Origin: Candidatus Binatia bacterium
GTDB taxonomy: Bacteria > Desulfobacterota > Binatia > HRBIN30 > CADEER01
Assembly: GCA_050176585.1 (NCBI GenBank)
Contig: JBFXHX010000011.1
Location: forward strand, 26,688-90,687
Direction: 5' to 3'
DNA: 64,000 nucleotides
The notes beneath the pieces are model-generated. The model was not told where the DNA came from and ran no database searches. It saw only the letters and a list, made by a program, of their open reading frames with translations. The first letter of the stretch is position 1; each line of letters begins with the position of its first letter. A program made the translations under genes and the position numbers. Positions 27,236-37,572 of the stretch are shown here, one piece after another.

Positions 27236-28516
27236 TTAACCCGCCGTTCCTTCGATGGGTTCTTCCGCGTCGATGCGCAGCCAGCACGCCGCGGCGAGCA
27301 CGTAGCAGACGGCGATCGACATCAGCGACGGCGTCCAGCCGCCCCAGTGCTCCAACGTCCAGCCCACCACCATCGGGCTCAGCGCGCCGCCGAGATTGCC
27401 GAACGTGTTCATGACGCCGCCGACGACGCCAGCGTGCCGGCCGCTGATGTCGAGGCAGGCGGCCCATGACGGGCTCACCCCGAAGGCGCCCAGGCCAGCG
27501 GCAGCGCCGAGGTACAGCGCGGAGGCGGTGCTCGACTCCACCAGCGCCGCCGCGCAGATCGCCACCGCCGCCAGCGGCTGACCGACCAGGCCCGGTATGC
27601 GCCGCCCCGTGCGCATGCCGAAGCGGCGCGACAGGCGGTCGCTCGCCCAGCCGCCGAACAGCAGGCCGCCGGCGATGGTCAGCAGCGGCAACCCCGCGAG
27701 CCAGCCGACCTGCGCGAGGTCGAACCCGCGCGCCCGCAGGAGATACGTGGGCAGCCACGTGAGATAAAAGTACCAGCCGTAGATAGCGAACATGTGCGTC
27801 CCGCAAAGCGCCATCAGGTTCGGCGAGCGCCACAACGCCGCCCACGGCACTTTGCCGTGGGGCTGCGGCGGGCCGCTGCCGATCACGCGGAGCTCCGCCG
27901 CGTTCACGCTCTGGTGCTCCTGGGGGTCGTCGCGGAACCACCAGTACCAGGCCACGGCCCATATCAGTCCGATGACGCCGAACACCATGAACGTGTGGCG
28001 CCAGTGCATCCACTGCAGCATGGCGACGACCAGCGGCTGGGTCACCGCGCCGCCCAAACCGCCCGCCATGAACGTGAGTCCGAAAGCGCGCCCGCGCTCG
28101 CTTAGGGGCAGCCAGCGCCCGAACGCGCGCGTCACGCTCGGAAATACCCCCGCTTCGCCCATGCCGAACAGCAAGCGGATCACCAGCAGCGAGGCAAAGC
28201 CCGCGGCCAATCCGGTGGCGGCGGTCATCAACGACCACCAGACCACGATGCGGGCCAGCATGATGCGGGCGCCGAAGCGGTCCGCCAACCAGCCGCTCGG
28301 CACTTCGAATAACGCATAGGCGAGCGTGAAGGCGCTGAAGACATAGCCCATTTGCGCGTCGCTGATGCCGAGCTCGGCTCGCATCGCCGGCGCCGCCATC
28401 GAGATGCAGATGCGATCGATGTACGCGATCGCCGTGACCAGCAGCGCAAACACGATCACGCGCTGGCGCGCGCGCGACGGCTCGCCACCGGCCGGGGAAA
28501 GGGCGGCAACGGACAT
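27236..28516 (-). CDS. MFS transporter
   Basis: 12-TM protein; the conserved MFS loop motifs GWLADRFGAR and DRLSRRFG. Confidence 0.85.
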   Translation of the reverse strand: MSVAALSPAGGEPSRARQRVIVFALLVTAIAYIDRICISMAAPAMRAELGISDAQMGYVFSAFTLAYALFEVPSGWLADRFGARIMLARIVVWWSLMTAATGLAAGFASLLVIRLLFGMGEAGVFPSVTRAFGRWLPLSERGRAFGLTFMAGGLGGAVTQPLVVAMLQWMHWRHTFMVFGVIGLIWAVAWYWWFRDDPQEHQSVNAAELRVIGSGPPQPHGKVPWAALWRSPNLMALCGTHMFAIYGWYFYLTWLPTYLLRARGFDLAQVGWLAGLPLLTIAGGLLFGGWASDRLSRRFGMRTGRRIPGLVGQPLAAVAICAAALVESSTASALYLGAAAGLGAFGVSPSWAACLDISGRHAGVVGGVMNTFGNLGGALSPMVVGWTLEHWGGWTPSLMSIAVCYVLAAACWLRIDAEEPIEGTAG

Positions 28517-28731
28517 CCGCCGGCTCTACGCAAGGGCGGAAGTGCTTGCAACACCTCGCGCGCTGCGGGCGCGTTGGCGATGTTCAATGATTGAATGCGC
28601 AAGGAGCGCAAGACGCTTCGGCATGAACCGCCTTCGCGTCTTCGCGTTCAACGGTCGGGGCGGGGTTGCGGTGCGCCGATGGGAACCCCTGCCTATTGAA
28701 CGCCTGAAACCCATCTTTTAAGCCTGAACCG

Positions 28732-31362
28732 ATGATGAGCGGCGCAGACATTCGGAGCAGCTTTCTCGAATTCTTTCGGGCCCGCGGGCACGAAGTCGTG
28801 CGGAGCTCCTCGCTGGTGCCCACCAACGACCCGACGCTGCTCTTCACCAACGCCGGCATGGTGCAGTTTAAGAACGTGTTCCTCGGCCAGGAGACGCGCG
28901 CCAACGCGCGCGCCGCGAGCGCGCAGAAGTGCCTCCGGCTCAGCGGGAAGCACAACGATCTCGAAGAGGTGGGGCGCGACGGCTACCACCACACGTTCTT
29001 CGAGATGCTCGGCAACTGGTCGTTCGGCGAATACTACAAGCGCGAGGCGATCCGCTGGGCCTGGGAGCTGCTCACCGAGGTCTGGAAACTGCCCAAGGCG
29101 CGGCTGTGGGCGACCGTGTATCGCACCGACGACGACGCGGATGCGCTCTGGCGCAGCGAAACCGACATCAATCCCGAGCAGATCCTCCGCTTCGATGAGA
29201 AGGACAACTTCTGGGAGATGGGCGAAACCGGGCCTTGCGGACCGTGCTCGGAGATCCACATCGATCGCGGTCCGGACGCCTGCGACAAGCGCGCCGTGCC
29301 CGGTCACGTCTGCGCCGTGAACGCCGGCTGTGCGCGGTATCTCGAGCTGTGGAACCTGGTGTTCATCCAGTACGATCGCCAGCCCGACGGGTCCTTGGTT
29401 GACCTGCGGGCCAAGCACGTCGACACGGGCATGGGCCTCGAGCGCGTTGCCGCCGTGCTGCAGGGCGTGCAGTCGAACTACGACACCGATCTCTTCCGCC
29501 GGCTGATCGCCTTCGTCGAGCAGCACTCGGGGCGCCGCTACGGCGCCGATGAAGACACGGATCTGGCGATGCGCGTGATCGCCGACCACAGCCGCGCGCT
29601 CAATTTCATGATCGCGGACGGCGTCGTGCCGAGCAACGACGGCCGCGGCTACGTGCTGCGCCGCATTCTCCGCCGCGCGGCGCGCCACGCGCGCGTGCTC
29701 GGCTTCGACCGCCCGTTCCTGTGGAAGATGTCCGAGCCGGTGCTCGCGGTCATGGGCGAGGCGTATCCCGAGCTCGCCGAGCGGCGCGGCTACATCGAAG
29801 GGGTCGTGCGCGGCGAAGAGGAGCGCTTCGCGGAAACGCTCGACCGCGGTCTCGCGCTGCTCGCGCAGGAGCGGGAAGAGCTGCAGCGCAGCGGACAGGA
29901 TACGCTGGCCGGCGACATCGCCTTCAAGCTGTACGATACATACGGATTTCCCGTCGACATGACGGCGGACATCCTGCGCGACCATGGATTGGGCCTCGAC
30001 CAGGAGGGCTTCGCGGCTGCGATGGCCGCCCAGCGCCGGCGCGCGCGCGAAGCGCGCAAAGCGGCGGGTGACGGCATCATCGTCGGCAGCCGCGAGTCGT
30101 CGCGCTTCACCGGCGACGGCATCTACGAGATCGAAGCGCCGATCACGGCGCTGCTGATCGACGGCGAAGAGCGCGACGAGGTGCGCAGCGGCGACACGGT
30201 GCACGTCGTCACGGCCGAAACCCCCTTCTACGGCGAATCCGGCGGTCAAGTGGGAGATCGCGGCGTGATCGAAACCGACGACGGTGCGCTGATCGAGGTG
30301 ACGGACACCACCAGGCCGCGCTCGGACCTGACCGTCCACATTGGCACGGTCGTGCGCGGCGCGTTGCGCACGGGGCAGACGGCGCGGCTCACCGTCGACC
30401 GCGAGCGCCGCGAGGCCACGCGCCTCAACCACTCCGTCACCCACATCCTCCACGCGGTGCTGCGCCGCACGCTCGGCTCACACGTGCGCCAGGCCGGCTC
30501 CCTGGTCACGCCGGAGCGGATGCGCTTCGATTTCAGCCAGCCGGCTGCCATCGACGATAACACGCTCACCCGCATCGAGGACGAGGTCAACGCGCACATA
30601 CGCGAGAACGCCGAGGTGTACACCGAGGAGATGGCGTACACGGACGCCCTCAAGGCCGGTGCACTGGCTTTCTTTGGCGACAAGTACGGCGATCGCGTCC
30701 GCGTGGTCCGCATGGGCGAGTTCTCCACCGAGCTCTGCGGCGGCACGCATGTCCGTCGCACGGGCGACATCGGCCTGTTCAAGCTGCGCGGCGAGAGCGG
30801 CGTTGCCGCCGGTACGCGGCGCATCGAGGCGATCACCGGCGTCGGCGCGCTCGAGGCGGTGCGCGCCTCGGAGCAGTCGCTGCGCCGGCTCGGACACCTG
30901 CTGCGCGGCAGCGAGGACGCGCTCGCCGAGCGGGTCGAGCGCCTGCTCGCGCAGCAACGGCAGCTGGAGCGGCAACTCCAACAGCTGCAGCGCCAGATGG
31001 CGGGAAACCAGAGCGGCGATCTCGTGGCGCGCGCGCAGACCGTGAACGGCAAGCGCGTGATCGCCAGCGCGGTGGACGACGCCGACCCCAAGCGGCTGCT
31101 CGAGCTCGCCGACCAGCTTCGCGAGCGGCTCGGGTCGGGCGTGGTCGTGCTGGCGAGCGAACAGGACGGCCAGGTGCGGCTCCTCGCCGCGGTCACCAAG
31201 GACCTCGCCGGTCAGGTGCATGCCGGCAAGCTGATCGGCCAGATCGCGCCCATCGTCGGCGGCAAAGGCGGGGGCCGCCCGGAGCTGGCGCAGGCGGGCG
31301 GCTCTGATCCGTCCAAGATCGGCGACGCGCTGGCGCGCGCCGTGGAGCTAGTGGGGCAGTGA
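28732..31362 (+). CDS. alaS: Alanine--tRNA ligase
   Basis: [37 protein letters not shown], the editing domain HxxxH motifs and the C-terminal DHHA1 are canonical AlaS. Confidence 0.97.
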   Translation: MMSGADIRSSFLEFFRARGHEVVRSSSLVPTNDPTLLFTNAGMVQFKNVFLGQETRANARAASAQKCLRLSGKHNDLEEVGRDGYHHTFFEMLGNWSFGEYYKREAIRWAWELLTEVWKLPKARLWATVYRTDDDADALWRSETDINPEQILRFDEKDNFWEMGETGPCGPCSEIHIDRGPDACDKRAVPGHVCAVNAGCARYLELWNLVFIQYDRQPDGSLVDLRAKHVDTGMGLERVAAVLQGVQSNYDTDLFRRLIAFVEQHSGRRYGADEDTDLAMRVIADHSRALNFMIADGVVPSNDGRGYVLRRILRRAARHARVLGFDRPFLWKMSEPVLAVMGEAYPELAERRGYIEGVVRGEEERFAETLDRGLALLAQEREELQRSGQDTLAGDIAFKLYDTYGFPVDMTADILRDHGLGLDQEGFAAAMAAQRRRAREARKAAGDGIIVGSRESSRFTGDGIYEIEAPITALLIDGEERDEVRSGDTVHVVTAETPFYGESGGQVGDRGVIETDDGALIEVTDTTRPRSDLTVHIGTVVRGALRTGQTARLTVDRERREATRLNHSVTHILHAVLRRTLGSHVRQAGSLVTPERMRFDFSQPAAIDDNTLTRIEDEVNAHIRENAEVYTEEMAYTDALKAGALAFFGDKYGDRVRVVRMGEFSTELCGGTHVRRTGDIGLFKLRGESGVAAGTRRIEAITGVGALEAVRASEQSLRRLGHLLRGSEDALAERVERLLAQQRQLERQLQQLQRQMAGNQSGDLVARAQTVNGKRVIASAVDDADPKRLLELADQLRERLGSGVVVLASEQDGQVRLLAAVTKDLAGQVHAGKLIGQIAPIVGGKGGGRPELAQAGGSDPSKIGDALARAVELVGQ

Positions 31363-32351
31363 GCGGCACGTCCGAGGCAGCCGTCGAGGGCAGCGTCGAA
31401 GTCCAGTTCGACGACCACCACCGCTTTCACGAGCTCCTCGGACACCACGACGAGCACGTCAAGACGGTCGAGCGCGCCCTGAGCGTGCGCATCGGGCTCG
31501 GCGACCGCACACTGATCATCACCGGCGACGCGATCGAGCGCGAGCTCGCGGCGCGCGTGCTGAAGGAACTCTACGGCCTGCTCGAGCACGAGTATCCGAT
31601 CTACGCGAGCGACGTCGATTACGCCGTCCGCATCCTCAGCCGCGACCGCAACGCCAAGCTGAAGGACATCTTCCTCGACGCCATCTACATCACCGCACAC
31701 AAGCGCGTGGTGACGCCGAAGAGCGTCGCGCAGAAGGCGTACATCGAGGCCATCCGCGCCGACGACATCGTGTTCGGCATCGGCCCGGCCGGCACCGGCA
31801 AGACCTACCTCGCGATGGCCATGGCGGTGGCCGCTCTGGTGCGCGAGAGCTTCGCGCGCATGATCCTCACGCGCCCCGCCGTCGAAGCGGGCGAGAAGCT
31901 CGGGTTTCTCCCCGGCGACTTGGCCGAGAAGGTAAACCCGTACCTGCGGCCCCTCTACGACGCGCTGCACGACATGGTGGATTTCGATCGCGCACAGCGC
32001 ATGCTCGAAAAGGGCGCCATCGAGGTCGCCCCGCTGGCCTTCATGCGCGGCCGCACGTTGAACGATTCCTTCGTGATCCTCGACGAAGCGCAGAACACCA
32101 CGCCCGAGCAGATGAAGATGTTCCTCACGCGCCTGGGCTACGGCTCCAAGGCCGTGATCACTGGAGATGTCACGCAGATCGACCTGCCGTCCGGCAAGCC
32201 GTCGGGACTCAAGCACGCGATGCAGATTCTGCAGTCGATCGAGGGCATCCGCTTCTGCCACTTCAGCGAACGCGACGTGGTGCGCCATCGCCTCGTGCGC
32301 GACATCATCAGCGCGTACGATCGAGCGGAGGGCGGCGAGACGCCGACATGA
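31359..32351 (+). CDS. PhoH-like ATPase (YbeZ-like)
   Basis: Walker [13 protein letters not shown] and Walker B ILDEAQN. GTG start overlapping the alaS stop. Confidence 0.9.
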   Translation: MSGTSEAAVEGSVEVQFDDHHRFHELLGHHDEHVKTVERALSVRIGLGDRTLIITGDAIERELAARVLKELYGLLEHEYPIYASDVDYAVRILSRDRNAKLKDIFLDAIYITAHKRVVTPKSVAQKAYIEAIRADDIVFGIGPAGTGKTYLAMAMAVAALVRESFARMILTRPAVEAGEKLGFLPGDLAEKVNPYLRPLYDALHDMVDFDRAQRMLEKGAIEVAPLAFMRGRTLNDSFVILDEAQNTTPEQMKMFLTRLGYGSKAVITGDVTQIDLPSGKPSGLKHAMQILQSIEGIRFCHFSERDVVRHRLVRDIISAYDRAEGGETPT

Positions 32352-32800
32352 CCGCCGGCCCCAGGGTGGCGGTTGCCGCGCGACGGCGGCTTCCGGGCGT
32401 GCGCGCCGCCGACGTGCGCCGCGACGCCGCGCGCGTGCTCGCGCTGCTCGGTGCGAGCGGCGAGCTGAGCGTCGCACTGGTGGGCGATGCGGAGTGCCAC
32501 CGCCTGAACGCCGCCTATCGCGGCGTGGACCGCCCGACCGACGTGCTCGCCTTCGCGTTGCGCGAGGGCGCCGCGCCGGGGGTGCACGAGGACGTGCTCG
32601 GCGACGTCGTCATCTCGATCGACACCGCAGCCCGCCAAGCCGCGGCGCGCGACATCTCGGTCGCCGACGAGGTCCGCATGCTGCTCGTACACGGCATCCT
32701 GCACCTGCTCGGCTATGACCACGAACGTTCGCCGGCCGAGGCGCGGCGCATGTTCGCGAAGCAGCGCAATGTGCTGCGGAAGCTGCACGATCCAGCGTAA
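32348..32800 (+). CDS. ybeY: rRNA maturation endoribonuclease YbeY
   Basis: [11 protein letters not shown] zinc-binding motif. ATGA overlap with phoH. Confidence 0.9.
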   Translation: MTAGPRVAVAARRRLPGVRAADVRRDAARVLALLGASGELSVALVGDAECHRLNAAYRGVDRPTDVLAFALREGAAPGVHEDVLGDVVISIDTAARQAAARDISVADEVRMLLVHGILHLLGYDHERSPAEARRMFAKQRNVLRKLHDPA

Positions 32801-32805
32801 CGCCA

Positions 32806-32905
32806 GCGGCTAAAGGGGTACGGGCCAGCGTGTCAGGGCTCCGAAGTTCTCACCCTCACCCCCTTAAACCCCCTACCCCGTACCGCTTCCCCCCTGTCAG
32901 GCAGC
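32806..32905. repeat. Intergenic G/C-tract repeat element, copy A (a related copy lies at about 44205-44335)
   Basis: taaaggggtacgggc...ccgaagttctc...cccttaaaccccctaccccgtaccgcttcccccc. It shares TAA(A)GGGGT.(A/C)GGGC, GAAG(C/T)TC, AAACCCCT(A/G)ACCC, TACCG and CTTCCC blocks with copy B. The opposite strand has at least 4 G-tracts of 4 or more. Confidence 0.45.
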
Positions 32906-32949
32906 GGCACCGTCGACCTGCCATCGCAAAGCCGCTACAGTCCGCCGGC

Positions 32950-34066
32950 ATGGCCGTCGAACTCAATGGACTGAGAGAGCGCTACGCCACGCTGCACGAG
33001 CGGGTGGACGCGTTCGGGAGGTATCTTTGACCTCCCGGGTCGAGAGGCGCGGATCGAAGAGCTCGACGCGGTCGCGGCGGTGCCGGACTTCTGGAACCAG
33101 GGAGAAACGGCCCAAGCGGTCCTCCGCGAGCGCGCGCAGCTGAACGCGCCGCTCGCGAACTGGCGCAAGCAGCGCGCCGCCCTCGAAGAGGCGGAGTTCT
33201 ATCTCGAGCTCGCCGCCGAAGGTGATGCGGACTCCGCCGCTGAAGCGGAGAAGACGCTAGCTGCGATCGAGGACGCGCTGCACCACATGGACCTCGAGCG
33301 GCTGCTCGGCGGCGAGCACGACGCGGGCGGCGCGATCATCACCCTGCAGGCCGGAGCCGGCGGCACCGAGGCCCAGGACTGGGCCGAGATGCTGCTGCGC
33401 CAATACCTGCGCTGGTGCGAACGGCGCGGCTACAAGACGGAGATCGTCGACTATCAACCGGGCGAGGGCGCCGGCGTCAAGAGCGCGTCGGTCACGGTTG
33501 ATGGGCCGTACGCGTACGGTTACTTGAAGAGCGAGGTCGGCGTGCACCGCCTGGTGCGCATCTCGCCATTCGACGCCAACGCGCGGCGCCACACCTCGTT
33601 CGCCTCGGTGTTCGTGTTCCCGGAGATCGACGACGACGTCGAAGTCGAGATCGACGAGAAGGACCTGCGCATCGATACGTATCGCTCCAGCGGCGCGGGC
33701 GGCCAGCACGTGAACAAGACCGACTCTGCGGTCCGCATCACCCACCTGCCGACCGGCATCGTCGTCGCCTGTCAGAACGAGCGCTCGCAACACAAGAACA
33801 AGGCGATGGCGTTCAAAATTCTCCGCGCGCGCCTGTACGAGCTCGAGCTGCAGAAGCAACGCGAGCAGATCGACGCACTGCACAAGACCAAGAAGGACAT
33901 CGCCTTCGGCAGCCAGATCCGCTCGTACGTGCTCCATCCGTATCGCCTGGTGAAGGACCACCGGACGGGCAAGGAGATCGGCAACGCCGACGCCGTGCTC
34001 GACGGCGACCTCGACCCATTCATCGAGGAATACCTCCAGCAAACCGCCGGCTCCGGCGCGGCCTGA
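32950..34066 (+). CDS. prfB: Peptide chain release factor 2 (requires programmed +1 ribosomal frameshift at CUU UGA C, 33025-33031)
   Basis: ORF1 MAVELNGLRERYATLHERVDAFGRYL stops at UGA 33028-33030. The +1 frame continues DLPGREARIEELDAVAAVPDFWNQ... through SPF and GGQ (SSGAGGQHVNKT) to the stop at 34066. Confidence 0.92.
33015..33031 (+). promoter_or_regulatory. prfB autoregulatory +1 frameshift cassette: internal SD-like GGGAGG, spacer, slippery CUU, in-frame UGA, then C
   Basis: GGGAGGUAUCUUUGAC seen directly in the sequence, nearly identical to the E. coli prfB site AGGGGGUAUCUUUGAC. Confidence 0.9.
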
Positions 34067-34130
34067 TCGCCCGGGGGCGCATTTTCGCCCGACTTTCGCC
34101 CCGCCCGGGCCCGTGGTATGGCCCCGCGCC

Positions 34131-36014
34131 ATGCGGGATGTGCTGCACGGTTATCTGCTCGAGCGCCCCTCGGGCGCGAGTCCGCGCGAGCTGCTGGACC
34201 TGATCTTCACCAGCCCGCGCACGGACCTCGAGTTCGGGCCACGGTTCCTGCAGACGCTGCTCGGCGCCGATCCGCGCTTCGCCTTCGCCCCCGATACCGG
34301 GCGCTGGATCGCCACCGCGCACGCCGCCTTGGCGCAGCCGCTGGAAGACGTGACCTTCGTCGTCGTCGATCTCGAGACCACCGGCGGCATGCCGGCACGC
34401 GGCCACGCCATCATCGAGATCGGCGCCATCAAGCTGCGCAATGGCGAGGTCGTCGCGCGCTTCGAAACCTTGGTGCACCCGGGCCGCCGGCTGCCGCCCT
34501 TCATCACGGCGCTGACCGGCATCGCCGAGCACATGCTCGCCCAGGCGCCGCACATCGATGCGGTGCTGCCGGGTTTCATCGAGTTCACCGCCGGCGCCGT
34601 GCTCGTAGCGCACAACGCTGCGTTCGATTTCTCTTTCCTCGATGCCGCGCGCCGGCCGCTCCGGGGCGACGCCTTCGAGCAGCCGCAGCTCTGCACGCTC
34701 CGACTGGCGCGCCGCCTGCTTCCGCAATTGCCCCGGCGCTCGCTGGATGCCCTGGCCGGGCACTTCGGCATCCCGCTCGTGGACCGGCACCGGGCGTTCG
34801 GCGATGCGCGCATTACCGTCGAGGTGCTGTTTCACCTGCTCGAGCTGGCCCGCCGGCGCGGGGTGTTGCGCCTCGGCGAGCTGCTGGACTTCCAGCACCG
34901 CGCCAGCGACGGCCGGCGCTTCCTCTGCCGGCTGCCACGCCAGCGCGTGGCCGCGCTCCCCGACACACCCGGGATCTACCGTTTGCTCGGCGAGGACGGA
35001 CGACTCTTGTACGTCGGCAAGGCGAAGAATCTGCGCCGGCGGGTCTCCACCTACATCACCAACGCCACCGCGCACCGCGGCAAGGTGCTCGATCTGATCC
35101 GCCACGCCTGCGACGTGCAAGTCGAGCTCGCCGGCTCCGAGCTGGAAGCCGCGCTGCGCGAAAGCGAAGTGATTCGCCACGAGCGGCCGCCTTACAACCG
35201 CCTCGGCAAGCACCTCCCACAGATCGCCTTCCTCAAGCTCACCACGTCGGATCCATTTCCGCGCCTCGCCGTCGTGAGCCGCATGACGACCCGCGCCGGC
35301 CGTTACTTCGGTCCGTTCCGCAGTCGCGCCTCGGCCCTTCAGGCGCAGTCGCTGATCGCGCGGCTCTTTCACCTGCGCACGTGCGCGCCGCGCCTGCGCC
35401 CGGGCCCGGAGCAGACGCCGTGCCTGCTCGGTCAGACGAACGCGTGCAGCGCACCCTGCGCCGCCCGGGTCGATCCCGATGCGTACGGCGCGCAAGTGGC
35501 GGCCGCGGTCGCCTTCTTCGACGGCGAGATCGGTGCTGCCGAGCGCGAGCTGGCGCGCCGCCGCCAGGCGCATAGCGAAGCGCTCCGCTTCGAGGCCGCC
35601 GCGCGCGCGCAGCGCGACCTCGAGCTCGTACGCCGCATGCGCCGCCGGCAGCGCACCCTGAGCTGGATCGTCGCGCAGCAGCATTTCGCCGTCATGCAAG
35701 CCGCGGCGGACGGCTGCCGTGTCCTGCTCTACGGCGTGACCCACGGCCGCCTGGCCGCGCGCGCCGCGGCCGCCGACGCAGCCGGGCTCGCCGCGTTCGC
35801 GGCCGCCTTGCAGGCCGCGCTGTGCAACCCGCGCCCGCGCCCGCTGGCACCGGAAGACGTAGACGGCACGATCATTCTGGCCGCATGGCTGCGCGAGCGA
35901 AACGAGAGCGACGGCTATCTGTTTCCGGTGGCGGAAGGTGAACCGATCAGCGCGCACCTCGCGGATTGGACCGCGGCCCTGCACGCCCTCCTGAACCGCG
36001 CCGCAGTTGAGTGA
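34131..36014 (+). CDS. DnaQ-like 3'-5' exonuclease (DEDDh) fused to a GIY-YIG (UvrC N-terminal/Cho-like) nuclease domain
   Basis: Exo I VVDLETTG and Exo III HNAAFD motifs. GIY-YIG: GIYRLLGEDGRLLYVGKAKNLRRRVSTY ... RHERPPYN. Alternative GTG start at 34113. Confidence 0.8.
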   Translation: MRDVLHGYLLERPSGASPRELLDLIFTSPRTDLEFGPRFLQTLLGADPRFAFAPDTGRWIATAHAALAQPLEDVTFVVVDLETTGGMPARGHAIIEIGAIKLRNGEVVARFETLVHPGRRLPPFITALTGIAEHMLAQAPHIDAVLPGFIEFTAGAVLVAHNAAFDFSFLDAARRPLRGDAFEQPQLCTLRLARRLLPQLPRRSLDALAGHFGIPLVDRHRAFGDARITVEVLFHLLELARRRGVLRLGELLDFQHRASDGRRFLCRLPRQRVAALPDTPGIYRLLGEDGRLLYVGKAKNLRRRVSTYITNATAHRGKVLDLIRHACDVQVELAGSELEAALRESEVIRHERPPYNRLGKHLPQIAFLKLTTSDPFPRLAVVSRMTTRAGRYFGPFRSRASALQAQSLIARLFHLRTCAPRLRPGPEQTPCLLGQTNACSAPCAARVDPDAYGAQVAAAVAFFDGEIGAAERELARRRQAHSEALRFEAAARAQRDLELVRRMRRRQRTLSWIVAQQHFAVMQAAADGCRVLLYGVTHGRLAARAAAADAAGLAAFAAALQAALCNPRPRPLAPEDVDGTIILAAWLRERNESDGYLFPVAEGEPISAHLADWTAALHALLNRAAVE

Positions 36015-36059
36015 AGTCCGCAGCCTGTCACTCTACCTGCCTATCGCCGGGTATGGCGT

Positions 36060-36088
36060 GACCGCGGCAAGGTGGCGTCGCCGCGGTC
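36060..36088. terminator. Perfect 9-bp inverted repeat (gaccgcggc N11 gccgcggtc) between convergent genes
   Basis: Seen in the sequence. It lies between the exo/GIY-YIG stop (36014) and the rnk-like stop (36208). Confidence 0.45.
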
Positions 36089-36207
36089 ATCGGCGTACCA
36101 GCGGAAGGTGCGCCGCCACCGCAGTAGACCGAAGACCACCGCCCGCTGATGCAGCCGCGGAACCCGTGGCCGCTCGGCAGCGCGCAGCGATACCCGGCGG
36201 CGCGACA

Positions 36208-36474
36208 TCACACAGTCTGTGCAATCCGCGCAGCGTCGCGGTCTCCCACTTCCCAGCCCAGCACGGCGCCCGCGATCGGCGCCGTGAACGCGATGCGATC
36301 GCGCGCCGGATCTGCCTCGTCTACCCCGACGATCTCGATGTGCCGGCCCGAACCGGCCTGCGGTCCGCCCACAGATGGCAGCGTGATCGGCGCGCCGAAG
36401 CGCACCGTATCGCGCGGCTGCCGTGAGGAATCCACCAGCTCGGCCGTAGCGAGGCGCGCGCTCAGCTCGCTCAT
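36208..36474 (-). CDS. GreA/GreB C-terminal-domain protein (Rnk-like, regulator of nucleoside diphosphate kinase)
   Basis: FKBP-like Gre C-domain signature IAFTAPIAGAVLGWEVGD. 88 aa from MSELSARL. The raw ORF has a 38-codon Arg-rich 5' extension, rejected. Confidence 0.6.
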   Translation of the reverse strand: MSELSARLATAELVDSSRQPRDTVRFGAPITLPSVGGPQAGSGRHIEIVGVDEADPARDRIAFTAPIAGAVLGWEVGDRDAARIAQTV

Positions 36475-36866
36475 GTGCCGACCCGCGATCGGCAGACGCC
36501 GCCGCCGGCGCGCGCGGCGCTGACGCCTTGCCGCTCCGCCTCGAGCTCCGTCAGCTCGGTACGCAGCAGCGCGAGACACGCGGCGCAACGCGGTTCGGTA
36601 CGCTCACCGGCGACGGCACGCGCGGCGCGCCGATCGGCTCGTCCCAATCGTCGTCCTTTGCGAACGCCTTGCTCATGCCGTCGAGCCTAGCACGGACCCC
36701 CGGCCGCCCTCTGCCGCAGCGTTCACCGCGCGGGTCGCCCGGCCTTGTCCGAAGCGTGTTCCGGCGCGAACTGCCTCGCTGGTCAGCTCCCGGCCGCGAA
36801 GGGCGGGGACGGCGTCATCGGCGGCGACCCCTTGCATCGCCGGCCGTGTCGGCCGATGAAAATTCC

Positions 36867-37397
36867 ATGATCGACCGTGCGAAGCGCATTCAGCTGGTGC
36901 GTGGAGACATCACAGAGCAGGATACCGATGCGATCGTGAACGCCGCCAACACCACGCTGCTCGGCGGCGGCGGCGTGGATGGCGCGATCCACCGCGCCGG
37001 CGGACCGGAGATTATCGCCGAGTGCCGCCGCCTGGGCGGCTGCGCGACCGGTGAGGCGAAGATCACCAGCGGCGGGAGGCTGAACGCGCGGTACGTCATC
37101 CACGCCGTCGGGCCGGTATACCGCGACGGCCGACATGGTGAAGCCGAGTTGCTCGCCAGCGCGTACCGGTCCAGCCTGGCGCTCGCTTCACAACACGGCC
37201 TGCGCAGCGTCGCGTTTCCCTCGATCAGCACCGGTGCCTATCGGTACCCGATCGCCGGCGCCGCGCGTATCGCGCTCGGCGCCGTCGCCGACTACCTGAA
37301 CGCGCACGCCGAGATCGAGCTCGTGCGCTTCGTCCTGTTCACCGAAGCCGACCTGGCCAGCTACCGGGAAGCGGCGAGCGAACTCCTCCCCTCCTGA
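36867..37397 (+). CDS. Macro-domain protein (O-acetyl-ADP-ribose deacetylase, YmdB-like)
   Basis: IQLVRGDITEQDTDAIVNAANTTLLGGGGVDGAIHRAGG...SVAFPSISTGAYRYP is the macro-domain signature. Confidence 0.85.
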   Translation: MIDRAKRIQLVRGDITEQDTDAIVNAANTTLLGGGGVDGAIHRAGGPEIIAECRRLGGCATGEAKITSGGRLNARYVIHAVGPVYRDGRHGEAELLASAYRSSLALASQHGLRSVAFPSISTGAYRYPIAGAARIALGAVADYLNAHAEIELVRFVLFTEADLASYREAASELLPS

Positions 37398-37572
37398 TTG
37401 AGCCGCGGCACCTGTGGCCGCTCCGCATCGCGCAGCACTGGCCGGGGAAGGCCCTGGGGGCGTGTGGAACTACACACCCGATGCGGCCAAGTGACGTCGC
37501 GCCAAGTGCATGGGCGCCGCGCCGTCCGACGGGTGGCGCTCCGCGCCGGGTGCGGAGCAGGTCCCGCGCCTA

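Noticed and set aside
28517-28731. Repeated GCCTGAA(A/C)C motif upstream of alaS as a possible regulatory element or T-box
   Set aside because: Only two short copies, with no T-box specifier or antiterminator structure. It probably belongs to the ordinary promoter and 5' UTR; evidence is too thin to call.
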